Assembly: GCA_964291315.2 (NCBI GenBank)
Contig: OZ219753.1
Location: 1,760,001-1,824,000, forward strand
Length of the DNA stretch: 64,000 bases
DNA from: Candidatus Poribacteria bacterium
Lineage (GTDB): Bacteria; Poribacteria; WGA-4E; WGA-3G
Direction of reading: 5' to 3'
Shown: positions 10,553-20,548 of the stretch, in pieces
How positions within the stretch are numbered: the stretch's first letter is position 1
How the letters are laid out: each line of letters starts with the position of its first letter
Program-made: the position numbers and the translations under genes
Notes under the pieces: generated by a model
What the model saw: only the letters and a program-made list of their open reading frames with translations
What the model was told of the DNA's origin: nothing
Database searches by the model: none

Positions 10553-11887
10553 ATGAAAATAGTAAAGAAAGATAGATCTGATTTCATCCGGCTCATCACA
10601 GTGTGCGCCTTCATTCTGCTATTTATTGTCGTAATCGGCGCTCTCCGCGCACGAAATCGCCCACTTTTCGGAATCGGGACCCTTACTCATGAAGCCGCAG
10701 AGACACTCCCTGACACTGTCAAACGACGCGATGAACTCCAGCGTGAGCAATGGCACAACGGTTTCCGACTGCTCCGCTACTGGTGGACAGGCGGGGCAGC
10801 TGTCTACGTCGCAGAGATGGACCGCACGGCCGAAAACCTTCAATTCGATGTGGCACTCGCCAATAACCAAATATTAGGACGGGAAACTATCACCAGTGCT
10901 ACAAACCGGCTTATGAACAGAGGCATGCTGCCTCTAGCAGGCATCAACGGCAGCTTCGGCATCCGAGGAGACAACCGCGGACGAGGCGGCATGATCTTTA
11001 ACCTGCATATCCAAAAAGGGGAACTTGTCAGCATTCCAACCTATCTCGATAGATGGGGCTATTCGCCACCTTCTCCATGGGGGGAAACCAGCTTCGGCGT
11101 AACGCCAAACGGAGAATTCCTTATGGACAGAGTCAAGTTAAACGGGCAACTCCGTATAGAGAAGCCAAACGCCCATACACTCCACATTAACGCGGTTAAC
11201 CAAATTTGTGACGCCTTGTGCCCCGTAGTTGTCTTCACTCCACGCTTTGGACAAAGAACTTTAACCCGCCGCTGCTATGAATTCACACTGAGACAGATCC
11301 ACCTCCCACTGACAGGAAAATACAAAAGTAGATTCGTCGTAACCGCTGTGAACCCGCACGGCAATAGCCCTATCCCAAATGACGGGGTCGTCATCGCGAT
11401 TGAACCACGCTCAGCGCGCGACTGGGAAAATAAGATCACCAAATCCACAGCAGGCACACTAGAAATTGCACTGATGCCCCAAAAATGGCAGCACGTCCAG
11501 CAAGGACTCGGCGGCAACCTACGACTCGTCCGAGACGGGAAAGTGGAACCCGAACTCATCGCATTTGGCCAGTCGAGGGGCGGCAGCGCACACAGACACC
11601 GGAACGGGGCAGCTCAGCATCCACGCAGCGCCTTAGGATTTAACGACGAAAAACTCTTTTTAATCGCTATCGACGGTAGACAGCCCGGATACAGCATGGG
11701 GATGCCCCTCTATCACATGGGAAAGTTTTTCAGCGAAATTGGAATCAAACACGCCATAAATCTCGACGGCGGGAGCTCCTCAACGCTATGGGCATTCGGA
11801 AAAGTCGCAAACAGCCCCGCACACGGATATGAACGCCGCATCTTCAACGTCGCAATGATCCGCACCAAAGACACACAAGCACAATGA
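10553..11887 (+). CDS. phosphodiester glycosidase (NAGPA-like) family membrane-anchored protein
   Basis: N-terminal TM, GINGSF, HPRSALG, IDGRQ, AINLDGGSSS. Confidence 0.82.
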   Translation: MKIVKKDRSDFIRLITVCAFILLFIVVIGALRARNRPLFGIGTLTHEAAETLPDTVKRRDELQREQWHNGFRLLRYWWTGGAAVYVAEMDRTAENLQFDVALANNQILGRETITSATNRLMNRGMLPLAGINGSFGIRGDNRGRGGMIFNLHIQKGELVSIPTYLDRWGYSPPSPWGETSFGVTPNGEFLMDRVKLNGQLRIEKPNAHTLHINAVNQICDALCPVVVFTPRFGQRTLTRRCYEFTLRQIHLPLTGKYKSRFVVTAVNPHGNSPIPNDGVVIAIEPRSARDWENKITKSTAGTLEIALMPQKWQHVQQGLGGNLRLVRDGKVEPELIAFGQSRGGSAHRHRNGAAQHPRSALGFNDEKLFLIAIDGRQPGYSMGMPLYHMGKFFSEIGIKHAINLDGGSSSTLWAFGKVANSPAHGYERRIFNVAMIRTKDTQAQ

Positions 11888-12282
11888 AACTACAACCCTA
11901 CCTCCTCCTATTCGTACTCCTGCTGCTAGCATGCCCTGACAGAAATACACCGCGGGCAGTCAGTGAAGATTTTATCTTTAACTACTACCAACACGCCGAT
12001 CAGAAGGCAGCATTACAGATCAGCCATGGACTTGCCGAAGAAAAATTGGAAAAAGAAATCGTACGAGTACGAGAAGTTCGCCGACCAGGGGACCAGATCG
12101 ACGCAATGCCAAAAATGGAATATGAGCTCGTCGGGAAAGAAGAAGGGGCAACAAACGTGCTATTCAACTATAAACTGACCATCAAAAACCGAGCTGGAAC
12201 TACAACCCACACCCGAAACATCGTTGTTAACACCGAGCAGATCGGGCACCAATGGAAAGTCATTAACTTTGATGAATACTAA
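11884..12282 (+). CDS. putative lipoprotein
   Basis: LLLAC lipobox; ATGA overlap with upstream gene. Confidence 0.6.
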   Translation: MKLQPYLLLFVLLLLACPDRNTPRAVSEDFIFNYYQHADQKAALQISHGLAEEKLEKEIVRVREVRRPGDQIDAMPKMEYELVGKEEGATNVLFNYKLTIKNRAGTTTHTRNIVVNTEQIGHQWKVINFDEY

Positions 12283-12413
12283 GAATCGCCAGATAGCAAT
12301 CGAACGCTTATAAGACCTACGCAGGATGGTCCTCCATTGTGTCCCAACCCGTTGCGTTGTGTATCCGCTCAACACTGCGTAAGTCCTAACCTATGCAAAA
12401 AGGGGGAAATACT

Positions 12414-13517
12414 ATGAAAACAGGAAAAGTTGCCGTCTTTACACAAGCACAAGCCCCGATGGAATTTCGCGAATATCCGATCCCATCGGTCACTGCAGAC
12501 GATATCCTCGTCCGAATCCGCATGGCAAACATTTGCGGATCCGATCTGCACTTCTGGCGTGGACACGGCCCCAAAGTCAAGAGCGGTATCCCCCAAGTTC
12601 TCGGACACGAAATGATCGGCACAATCGAAGCAATGGGACGCAACATTTCAACAGACAGCACAGGCCAACCGCTAAACGAAGGAGACCGCCTCGCCTACTC
12701 CTATTTCAAACCGTGCCAACATTGCTGGATGTGCCTCAACGGAAAACCGGGATGCCCGAACCGCTACCGAGACTGGCTCGGCGTTTCCAGCGAACAACCC
12801 CCGCACTTTCACGGGGCTTACGGCGAATATTACTACATGCAACCAGGACACTGGGTTTTCAAGGTACCCGATCAACTTCCAGACACCCTCGTATCTCCAA
12901 TCAACTGCGCCTTGTCCGAAGTCATTTACGGACTCAACCAGATCGGTATCACGCTCGGCGATACTGTGGTTATCCAAGGCGCAGGTGGACTTGGACTCTA
13001 CGCCACTGCCGTCGCTAGAGAAATGGGGGCAGGCAAAATCATCGTCCTCGACCGGCTACACGCACGCCTCACACTCGCCCGCGAATTTGGCGCAGACGAA
13101 ACACTCAATGTCGATGAAACCGACATGAAGTCCCGTGTCCAATATGTTCTTGAACAGACAGGCGGCAACGGGGCAGACCTCGTCGCCGAATTTGTCGGAT
13201 CCCCACGCGTCCTCACCGAAGGAATCAAAATGCTCCGATACGGCGGACGCTACTTGTGGATCGGGAACATCAACCTCGGATTCCCAACTGAAATTGACCC
13301 GGGAAACATCGTCCGATGTAGCAAGGCAATCCGCGGCGTGATCGTCTACGAACCGTGGGTCATTCCGCGCGCACTCGATTTTCTAAACCGAACCCAACAC
13401 AAATACCCCTTTCAAAAAATTATCTCCCATACCTTCCCGTTTAGCAATATTAACGAAGCCTTCGCTTACGCAGACAGCGGTGAAGCAATCCGAATCGGAC
13501 TAGATTTTGAAGTATAA
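12414..13517 (+). CDS. zinc-binding (MDR) alcohol dehydrogenase
   Basis: ICGSD, GHE, CxxCxxCx6C structural Zn, GAGGLG. Confidence 0.9.
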   Translation: MKTGKVAVFTQAQAPMEFREYPIPSVTADDILVRIRMANICGSDLHFWRGHGPKVKSGIPQVLGHEMIGTIEAMGRNISTDSTGQPLNEGDRLAYSYFKPCQHCWMCLNGKPGCPNRYRDWLGVSSEQPPHFHGAYGEYYYMQPGHWVFKVPDQLPDTLVSPINCALSEVIYGLNQIGITLGDTVVIQGAGGLGLYATAVAREMGAGKIIVLDRLHARLTLAREFGADETLNVDETDMKSRVQYVLEQTGGNGADLVAEFVGSPRVLTEGIKMLRYGGRYLWIGNINLGFPTEIDPGNIVRCSKAIRGVIVYEPWVIPRALDFLNRTQHKYPFQKIISHTFPFSNINEAFAYADSGEAIRIGLDFEV

Positions 13518-14643
13518 AACCCCGGCTTCTGCCTACATCCATATCCCTTTTTGCACGACAAAGTGCCATTACTGCATCTTCAATACATATACTTTCCATG
13601 AAAAACAAGCCAAAACCTACCTACAAGCACTTCAAACGGAGATGGAACTCTACGCCTCAGAAACCGACACGCTACAAACCCTATTTATCGGCGGCGGGAC
13701 CCCTTCCATCCTCTCTGTAAACGCCCTCGCACAACTACTTGCGGATATACACAGGCACTTTACTATATCCGCAGACGCTGAAATCACCGTTGAATGTAAC
13801 CCAGAAACGCTCGACGCTGAAAAACTTAAGATCATGAAGCACAACGGCGTGAATCGCCTCAGCCTCGGTTTACAAGCAATGCAAGACGAAACACTGAAGC
13901 AGTTAGGGAGAACCCATACAGTCCCAGAATTCCTACAGAGCTATCGCCTCGCCCGCAAACACAACTTTAAAAATATCAACATAGATCTCATCTTCGCGCT
14001 TCCCAAACAGACCATGCAAACATGGCGCTATACCCTAAACGAGGTCATCTCACTCGAACCAGAACATATTTCAACCTATAACCTCGTAATAGAGGAAGCA
14101 ACTCCGTTTTATGAACAGTTGCAAGCAGGAGAACTACCTCTCCCCTCCGAGGACACCGAAGCCGATATGTTCCACTACGCCATTGAGACACTGACCGCAC
14201 AAGGATACACACATTATGAGATATGCAGCTTCGCCAAAAACAATCACTTTGCCAAACACACATTGGTCTATTGGAATAATCAACCTGCCATAGGACTTGG
14301 CGCCGGCGCGTCTGGATATGTCAACGGAGTACGTTATACCAATATCCACGATATAAACCCCTATATCGAGGCACTCCGACAAGGCAACAAGCCAATTCTT
14401 GAAACAGAACGCCTGAACAGACACGCTGAAAAGGCTGAAACCCTCATGCTTGCACTTCGGAAACGAAAAGGCATAGCGCTTGAAAACTATCAACACCGTT
14501 TTGGAGAAAAGATCGAAGTCGCCTTTGGAAAAACACTCAACAAATGGATCCGTTCCGGACTGTTAGAGCAGACCGATACGCACTTGAGACTCACCGATCG
14601 CGGGCTCTTTCTCGCAAACGAGGTCTTTGTGGAATTAATATAG
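13507..14643 (+). CDS. hemW: radical SAM heme chaperone HemW (HemN-like)
   Basis: YIHIPFCxxxCxxC, GGGTPS, ECNP, NRLSLG, YE..S; the HNxxYW motif appears as HTLVYW. Confidence 0.85.
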   Translation: MKYKTPASAYIHIPFCTTKCHYCIFNTYTFHEKQAKTYLQALQTEMELYASETDTLQTLFIGGGTPSILSVNALAQLLADIHRHFTISADAEITVECNPETLDAEKLKIMKHNGVNRLSLGLQAMQDETLKQLGRTHTVPEFLQSYRLARKHNFKNINIDLIFALPKQTMQTWRYTLNEVISLEPEHISTYNLVIEEATPFYEQLQAGELPLPSEDTEADMFHYAIETLTAQGYTHYEICSFAKNNHFAKHTLVYWNNQPAIGLGAGASGYVNGVRYTNIHDINPYIEALRQGNKPILETERLNRHAEKAETLMLALRKRKGIALENYQHRFGEKIEVAFGKTLNKWIRSGLLEQTDTHLRLTDRGLFLANEVFVELI

Positions 14644-14656
14644 GCACCAAAGGCAA

Positions 14657-14841
14657 CATAAAATTGTTTTGACATATCATCATAAATCTCGTAGCATAGA
14701 CGGTTCAGTCTGTGCCTACGTTGCCTCTGTTGTAGCATAGACGGTTCAGTCTGTGCCTATGGCACATAGTTTCTTGTTAGCAGGCAGTATAACCAGCATA
14801 AAATTGTTTTGACATATCATCATAAATCTCGTAGCATAGAC
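14657..14841 (+). repeat. 45-bp direct repeat (14657-14701, 14797-14841) plus two tandem 28-bp REP-like palindromes (14691-14718, 14732-14759)
   Basis: cataaaattgttttgacatatcatcataaatctcgtagcatagac x2; gtagcatagacggttcagtctgtgccta x2. Confidence 0.9.
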
Positions 14842-14927
14842 TGTCGGTTTCTTGTGCCAGATAGGTTTCGAAACCTCAGCACAACCTAACAGTCTATCCC
14901 ACAAGTGGCCGACAACTAACAGCCAAC

Positions 14928-15689
14928 ATGCGAAACATCAAACTCGTCATTGAATACGACGGCACCAACTACCACGGATGGCAGACACAACCAAACCTGC
15001 CCACAATTCAAGCCACAATTGAGGACACCTTGGCGAAACTAACCAAAACACCCATACACATCATCGGCGCAGGAAGAACCGACACCGGTGTCCACGCCGA
15101 GGGACAAGTCGCCAATTTCTGGACAGACTCACAGATGCCCGTGACCGCATTTCAGAAAGCACTTAACGCCACTTTACCGCGGGATATCGTCATCTGTCGC
15201 GCGACAGAAGCCCCCGCTGCACTCCACGCCCGATTCAGCGCAACACGCCGACGCTACCGGTATACTATCCTGAACAGAGAATACCCCAGCGCACTCTCAC
15301 GCCAGAGATGTTACTTTTTGCCCACAAAAATTGACGCACAGCGGGCACATCAACTCTCCCAAACGCTGCGGGGCAAACACGACTTTTCCTCTTTCCAAAA
15401 GACCGGAAGCAATCGGACAAACCCCATCTGTGAAATCTACGAAGTCGCCTGCCGGAAGGAAGGCGAATACATCTATTTTGACATCGAAGCCGATGCATTT
15501 CTCCGAGGAATGGTGCGCGCAATTGTCGGCACTCTCTTAAAATGTATCAAACGCAGCAACCCCGACGCACACCTCCACCAAATCCTAGCAGCCAAAGACA
15601 GAGCCGCAGCCGGAACTTCTGTCCCCGCACACGGACTCTCACTTATTCGAGTGGAATACAAAAACGCAGCAACCCTTCCAAATACATAA
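14928..15689 (+). CDS. truA: tRNA pseudouridine(38-40) synthase
   Basis: YDGTNYHGWQ, GAGRTDTGVHA, HARFSA, HDFSSF, FLRGMVR. Confidence 0.96.
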   Translation: MRNIKLVIEYDGTNYHGWQTQPNLPTIQATIEDTLAKLTKTPIHIIGAGRTDTGVHAEGQVANFWTDSQMPVTAFQKALNATLPRDIVICRATEAPAALHARFSATRRRYRYTILNREYPSALSRQRCYFLPTKIDAQRAHQLSQTLRGKHDFSSFQKTGSNRTNPICEIYEVACRKEGEYIYFDIEADAFLRGMVRAIVGTLLKCIKRSNPDAHLHQILAAKDRAAAGTSVPAHGLSLIRVEYKNAATLPNT

Positions 15690-15699
15690 GGAGCCCCGC

Positions 15700-16713
15700 A
15701 TGAATTATGCCCAAGTCTTAAGTGAATTGGAAACGTTAGTTAATGAAACCTTCGCGCTCTGGGAACACAACCGGATCGGCTTCCAGTGGCAACACTACAC
15801 ATGGAACCACTCAATGCGGGTGCGCGCCATGGGCATGGCCCTCGGTAAACGTGAAGGCGGCGATGTCCAACTGCTTGAAGTCGCCGGCACCCTACACGAT
15901 ATCACCAAACGTTACGACGGCGCTATCTTAACCGACGACAACGGGCAACGGATCCTAGACCCTAACGGATTCTGGCTAAACGAAACCCTCACCCCCACCG
16001 GTCAGAACATCGTTACGCAACTTTACGATAAACACCAGCTCCACGGTAAGGTCCATCACGAATCCGGAGCAGTCATTACTGAAAAGATTTTGGAAATGTA
16101 CGACTTCGAACCCGATTTCGTACAGGCCGCAACCGCGGTCGTCCTAGCACATCTAAAACCCACGAATCTCACCGCAGAAAACTTTAAAATGCTCTATAAC
16201 CGAATCGAAAACCAGATCCTCTATGATGCTGATACCATGGACCCTAACGTCGGTTACACAGCCTTCTTCCGGAATGTCCACATACATTCATATTTCGCAC
16301 GCCAACGCGGAAATTTTGACCTGGAAGACTACGTGCGCAACCTGCCACGCTGGATTAACTCCAAGCAGGAATTCGTTGATAAACTCTTAACCGAAGCCGC
16401 TCGCGAAGTCGCCCAAGCCCGACAAGACAGAAATCAACACCTCTTCTTGCAAATGGTAGATGAATTAGACGACATGGAGATAAACCGTACATACGGGTTG
16501 TTGGGCGTGATTGAGTATTTCGTCAGTGTAACCGAAGACCCGCACTTCCTGAATCAACTTGACCATCTGCAGAACGAATGGCTGCCGCAGCGGAAACAGT
16601 GGCTAGCTGAGGAGGAACATGACACATCAACGCGCGATCGCGCCCAAGCCGCCATCAATCGCGTCCACGATTTCCTGAATCTCCTAACCCGCGAAAGTAA
16701 GGGCGAAATTTAA
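15700..16713 (+). CDS. HD-domain metal-dependent phosphohydrolase
   Basis: HSMRV...LHDITK...HHESG...DAD. Confidence 0.75.
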   Translation: MNYAQVLSELETLVNETFALWEHNRIGFQWQHYTWNHSMRVRAMGMALGKREGGDVQLLEVAGTLHDITKRYDGAILTDDNGQRILDPNGFWLNETLTPTGQNIVTQLYDKHQLHGKVHHESGAVITEKILEMYDFEPDFVQAATAVVLAHLKPTNLTAENFKMLYNRIENQILYDADTMDPNVGYTAFFRNVHIHSYFARQRGNFDLEDYVRNLPRWINSKQEFVDKLLTEAAREVAQARQDRNQHLFLQMVDELDDMEINRTYGLLGVIEYFVSVTEDPHFLNQLDHLQNEWLPQRKQWLAEEEHDTSTRDRAQAAINRVHDFLNLLTRESKGEI

Positions 16714-16741
16714 GGCATCACCTAACGAGAAGGAACTTATT

Positions 16742-17623
16742 ATGAACACCCCAACGGCAGACACACGTGACAAACATGACAAACCGATAGCCCCGCCGCA
16801 AATCCCATATCCGCCCGAGCTCTATCGCTTCGACACGACCACCCACGGAATTTCCGGCGGGTTCCCCGCTGTTACCGCGACAGAGATAGAATACTTTCAT
16901 CAGCACGGCTACCTCGTCATCAACGACGCCTTTACCCGCAGCGAAGTCGAAGAGGCGTTGGCCGGTATGACGCACCTCATGGATGGAGCGTGCCCCAACT
17001 TCCGGGCAATCCAATTTGAACCGACACTCGTCAAGCACAAAGACGAAATGCAGGGCGAAGAACGCCTTAACGCCATTAGAAAAATATTTCGCTTTGTGGA
17101 TCACGAACCGCGTTTAAACGCGATGGCAACGCATTCGGGGCTCCTCGGCGTTCTTGAACAAATGATGGGCGACACGCCTCAGCTCTTTCAAGATATGGCA
17201 CTCGTCAAACCACCCCGCCACGGGTCAGAAAAACCATGGCATCAAGACTGCGCCTACTTCAACTTTCCAAAAGATACAACGGTCGTCGGCGTATGGATCG
17301 CCTTAGACGCAGCCACGCCCGAAAATGGATGCCTGCACATCATACCGGGGTCACATATTGAGGGACCGATGATCCATTTCAAACGACGCGACTGGCAGAT
17401 ATGCGATACAGACGTGCCAGTCGCACGCGATACGATGGTGCCTCTTAAGCCGGGCGGCTGTCTCTTCTGGCACGGACTCACCCATCATGGAAGTCCCGCC
17501 AACCAATCAGAGCAACCGCGGCGCGCCCTACAATTCCACTATAAACCGATAAATTCTGGAGAAATTACCACGCAAGAACGCATGGCCATCTACGGAAGTG
17601 AAGGGAAAGAGGTAGACTGCTAA
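16742..17623 (+). CDS. phytanoyl-CoA dioxygenase (PhyH) family protein
   Basis: KPWHQD, WIALD, ENGCLHIIPGSH, HHGSPANQS..RRA. Confidence 0.9.
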   Translation: MNTPTADTRDKHDKPIAPPQIPYPPELYRFDTTTHGISGGFPAVTATEIEYFHQHGYLVINDAFTRSEVEEALAGMTHLMDGACPNFRAIQFEPTLVKHKDEMQGEERLNAIRKIFRFVDHEPRLNAMATHSGLLGVLEQMMGDTPQLFQDMALVKPPRHGSEKPWHQDCAYFNFPKDTTVVGVWIALDAATPENGCLHIIPGSHIEGPMIHFKRRDWQICDTDVPVARDTMVPLKPGGCLFWHGLTHHGSPANQSEQPRRALQFHYKPINSGEITTQERMAIYGSEGKEVDC

Positions 17624-17733
17624 GAAAAGAATCTGCTTGTCCGAGCAAACCGCGCGCCGTAACGCACTTCAATCAACCGCCTGCCCCACTTTTAAAGGAC
17701 AAGCAGAAAACATAAAAAGGTAGGAGATATTTC

Positions 17734-19266
17734 ATGAAAAGACACTTAATTAGGGTTATCTGTTTTATTCTCTTCTGCATCGTAGCACTTTCACCAACAC
17801 TGGCACAGCAACTAGAAGTGCCTATACCTGACGCGAAACTCGCTTCGGCAATCCGACAAGAGATCGGCAATTCAATCACAACGCACACATTGCTAAATCT
17901 AACACGTCTTGAAGCCTCCAGTCGCGAGATAAGAGATCTCAGCGGACTAGAACACGCCCACAATCTCAAGACCCTGAACCTGGCAGGCAACAAAATCACG
18001 GACATATCGCCGCTCACAAACCTTACACAACTCAACTACCTATTCCTTAATCATAACGCTATTACGGATGTATTCCCGCTCACAAATCTCACACAACTTA
18101 ATGGACTGTCCCTTGAAGCTAACGCCATCACGGATGTATCGCCCCTCACAAATCTCACACAACTCAAATATCTATTCCTTAATCGTAACGCTATTACGGA
18201 TGTATTCCCGCTCACAAATCTTATACAACTCGAGACCTTGCACCTGCCGGAAAACGGCATCACGGATGTATTCCCGCTCACAAATCTCACACAACTCACT
18301 GCCTTGTACTTGTCGGACAACGCCATCACGGATATATCCTCACTCACAAATCTTATACAACTCACCCACCTGTATTTGTCGGACAACGCCATCACGGATA
18401 TATCCTCACTCGCAAAACTTACACAACTCACCCACCTTGCCTTGTCGGATAATGACATCACGGATATATCCCCACTCACAAATCTTATACAACTCAAGAT
18501 CCTGAGCCTGGCAGGCAACAAAATCACGGATATATCCCCGCTCATAAATCTTACACAACTCAATCGCCTGGAGCTGTGGGACAATGGCATCACGGATGTA
18601 TTCCCGCTCACAAATCTTACATAACTCACTGCCTTGCGCCTTTGGAGCAACAAGATCACGGATATATCCCCGCTCACAAATCTTACACAACTCACGGAGT
18701 TGTTCCTTGACAATAACGCCATCACGGATGTATCGCCCCTCACAAACCTTACACAACTCAATCGCCTGGGCCTTTGGAGCAACAAGATCTTAGATATGTC
18801 GCCTCTGGTCGATTTGAATCTTTCAGGAACAGACGTGGACAGCACCGGACTCTATATTAAAGACAATCCATTGAACAAAGCATCTGTGCAGACGCATATC
18901 CCCGCTATGCAGGCGAACGGGATTGTGGTCGCGTTTGACACTCCGGCCCAGGCAACACCCGCCCCACTCCGAATAGCGACTCTGCTCCTACCAAACTACC
19001 CCAACCCGTTCAATCCAGAGACCTGGATCCCCTATCAGCTCTCTGAAACTGCCGAGGTAACCTTGCATATCTACACACTGAACGGGGCATTAGTCCGCAC
19101 GTTAGACCTCGGGCATCAACCCGCAGGTCTCTACCAGAGTAAAAGTCGTGCCGCGTATTGGGACGGTAAAAACGAACTCGGTGAACCTGTCCCAAGCGGC
19201 CCCTATTTCTGTACGCTTACCACAGGCAAGCTCACCGCAGCGCGGAAGCTGCTGATACGCAAATAG
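17734..19266 (+). pseudogene. secreted internalin-like LRR protein with C-terminal FlgD-Ig/sorting-like domain, interrupted by in-frame TAA at 18622-18624
   Basis: ORFs 17734..18624 and 18634..19266 share a frame; signal peptide, IPDxxL cap, 22-aa LRRs continuing through the stop, LLPNYPNPFNPETWIPYQL C-terminal domain. Confidence 0.8.
17962..18819 (+). repeat. 13 x 66-bp coding tandem repeat (LRR array)
   Basis: Recurring atcacggat(a/g)tat..ccgctcacaaatct.acacaactc framework with exact 66-nt period. Confidence 0.92.
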
Positions 19267-19288
19267 GCGCTCCGCTACCAAAATCATC

Positions 19289-19317
19289 TGTAGCAGAGAC
19301 GGTCAGTCTGTGCTACA
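19289..19317. repeat. GTAG-type REP-like palindrome between convergent genes (possible terminator)
   Basis: tgtagcagagac-ggtca-gtctgtgctaca, 12-bp stem with 1 mismatch. Confidence 0.75.
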
Positions 19318-19323
19318 TCCGCA

Positions 19324-19674
19324 TTAAACCGAGGCGTTTCCGTTGCTGTCGCGGCTCCTCTCCAACGCCTCTTGGAATGATGCAAAGCTTGCTGTCTGCA
19401 GTGCCTCGCGGCGGAGTGCCTTGAGACGCGGCAGAGACTGAATACGCCCAAGAACAGACGCAACCTGCGATAAGGCGCTATCGTTGAAACGCAGCTCCAA
19501 GATCTCAAGGATACCTTCTATCAGGCTCTCTCGGGCACCCCGCTCTATACCGCGTTCTATGCCTTGTTCTATACCTTGCTCTCTGCCCTCTTCTCTGCCC
19601 TCTTCTCTGCCTTGCTCAAGACCACGTTCTATACCTTGCTGAAGAAAATGTTGAATAACCGATGACTCTTGCAT
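19324..19674 (-). CDS. putative internally translated small Rpn C-terminal protein (RpnS-like), 116 aa
   Basis: In-frame GGAGG-cgatc-ATG (MQESSVIQHFLQQG...) inside the Rpn gene just before the repeat region. Confidence 0.55.
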   Translation of the reverse strand: MQESSVIQHFLQQGIERGLEQGREEGREEGREQGIEQGIERGIERGARESLIEGILEILELRFNDSALSQVASVLGRIQSLPRLKALRREALQTASFASFQEALERSRDSNGNASV

Positions 19675-20346
19675 GATCGCCTCCATTATCGTCTCACGAA
19701 TCGACGAATACTCAAATATTAATCCACTCAATATCGCTAAATCTGTGAGATAATCTCCCTTTGACGCACTTTCCGTATACACTGACTCCGCAACCGATAC
19801 ACACCGCCGAAGCCAAGACTCACCCGACGCATCCGCCGAGGGACGCATCAACGGCGTAAACGGAATTAAACCCTTCACACCCGAATCCAGAAAATGAGAA
19901 CCCTCTATATCATACAGACGAATCACCTTGTAGCCAATCCGCACCTCATACCCAGGGAACGATTGCACATACACACCGGGATCCCGCCGGCCCGCACGCG
20001 GGTGCAGGTAGATCACGTGTGAGTAAATCGGCAGTTGAAACTGCTCGATGCCCCTGCCGATGTAGCCCGCCATACGATACGGCATCGGCACAGTGCCGCT
20101 GTCACGCGTCTGGATCTCAAGATGCACAATCGCAGGCTCACCACCTACACGCACCTCTATGAAACTATCCGCTCTGTTTGATTGGACGGTCGGCTGCTCG
20201 GTCTCTAAAACCCGGATTGCCTCCACATCCGCCGTGCCGAGGGCGAACTCTATCCAGTCTTGTGGGTTTTGATGGATAATCGCTTTGGAAACGGTATCAT
20301 ATTGACCGTGCCGCTTAGCAGTTGACTGTTCTTGTTGATCTCTCAT
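19324..20346 (-). CDS. Rpn/YhgA-like PD-(D/E)XK nuclease (recombination-promoting nuclease/putative transposase family)
   Basis: YDxxxK start, RADSF...HLEIQT catalytic motif, MPYRM..Y, C-terminal (E/Q)GREEG/EQGIE repeats. Confidence 0.85.
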   Translation of the reverse strand: MRDQQEQSTAKRHGQYDTVSKAIIHQNPQDWIEFALGTADVEAIRVLETEQPTVQSNRADSFIEVRVGGEPAIVHLEIQTRDSGTVPMPYRMAGYIGRGIEQFQLPIYSHVIYLHPRAGRRDPGVYVQSFPGYEVRIGYKVIRLYDIEGSHFLDSGVKGLIPFTPLMRPSADASGESWLRRCVSVAESVYTESASKGDYLTDLAILSGLIFEYSSIRETIMEAIMQESSVIQHFLQQGIERGLEQGREEGREEGREQGIEQGIERGIERGARESLIEGILEILELRFNDSALSQVASVLGRIQSLPRLKALRREALQTASFASFQEALERSRDSNGNASV

Positions 20347-20548
20347 AGGCGCTGGAATGCTCGTGCGATCCTTTCTGTTAGCGTTGGTGAGTTATATAGT
20401 ATAGTCTACCACACCCTGACTGCGGGAGTCAAAGAAATAGGGATCCTCTATTTGAAGTAGTCGCTCCGCTATTTTGGGGTGGACACCGCAAGCACACCTC
20501 TATATGTCGGGCAGGAACGAAATCCGGCCCAACATACAGTCACGAAAC

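Noticed and set aside
14657-14841. Repeats as a mini CRISPR array
   Set aside because: Only two copies of each unit, nested and irregularly spaced; they match the dispersed REP family; no cas genes.
18622-18624. Programmed recoding at the LRR stop
   Set aside because: The codon is TAA at a Gln position, not UGA/UAG at a catalytic site; TAA is used as a normal stop throughout the window.
18051-18845. Long antisense and alternate-frame ORFs over the LRR array (and similar shadows such as 48645-49286 and 35879-36463)
   Set aside because: By-products of repeat periodicity and codon bias opposite well-supported genes.
17734-19266. Diversity-generating retroelement acting on the LRR gene
   Set aside because: No reverse transcriptase or template repeat in the window; variation is blockwise, not adenine-specific.
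19324-20346. IS element
   Set aside because: No terminal inverted repeats or target duplication seen; Rpn proteins are not demonstrated transposases.
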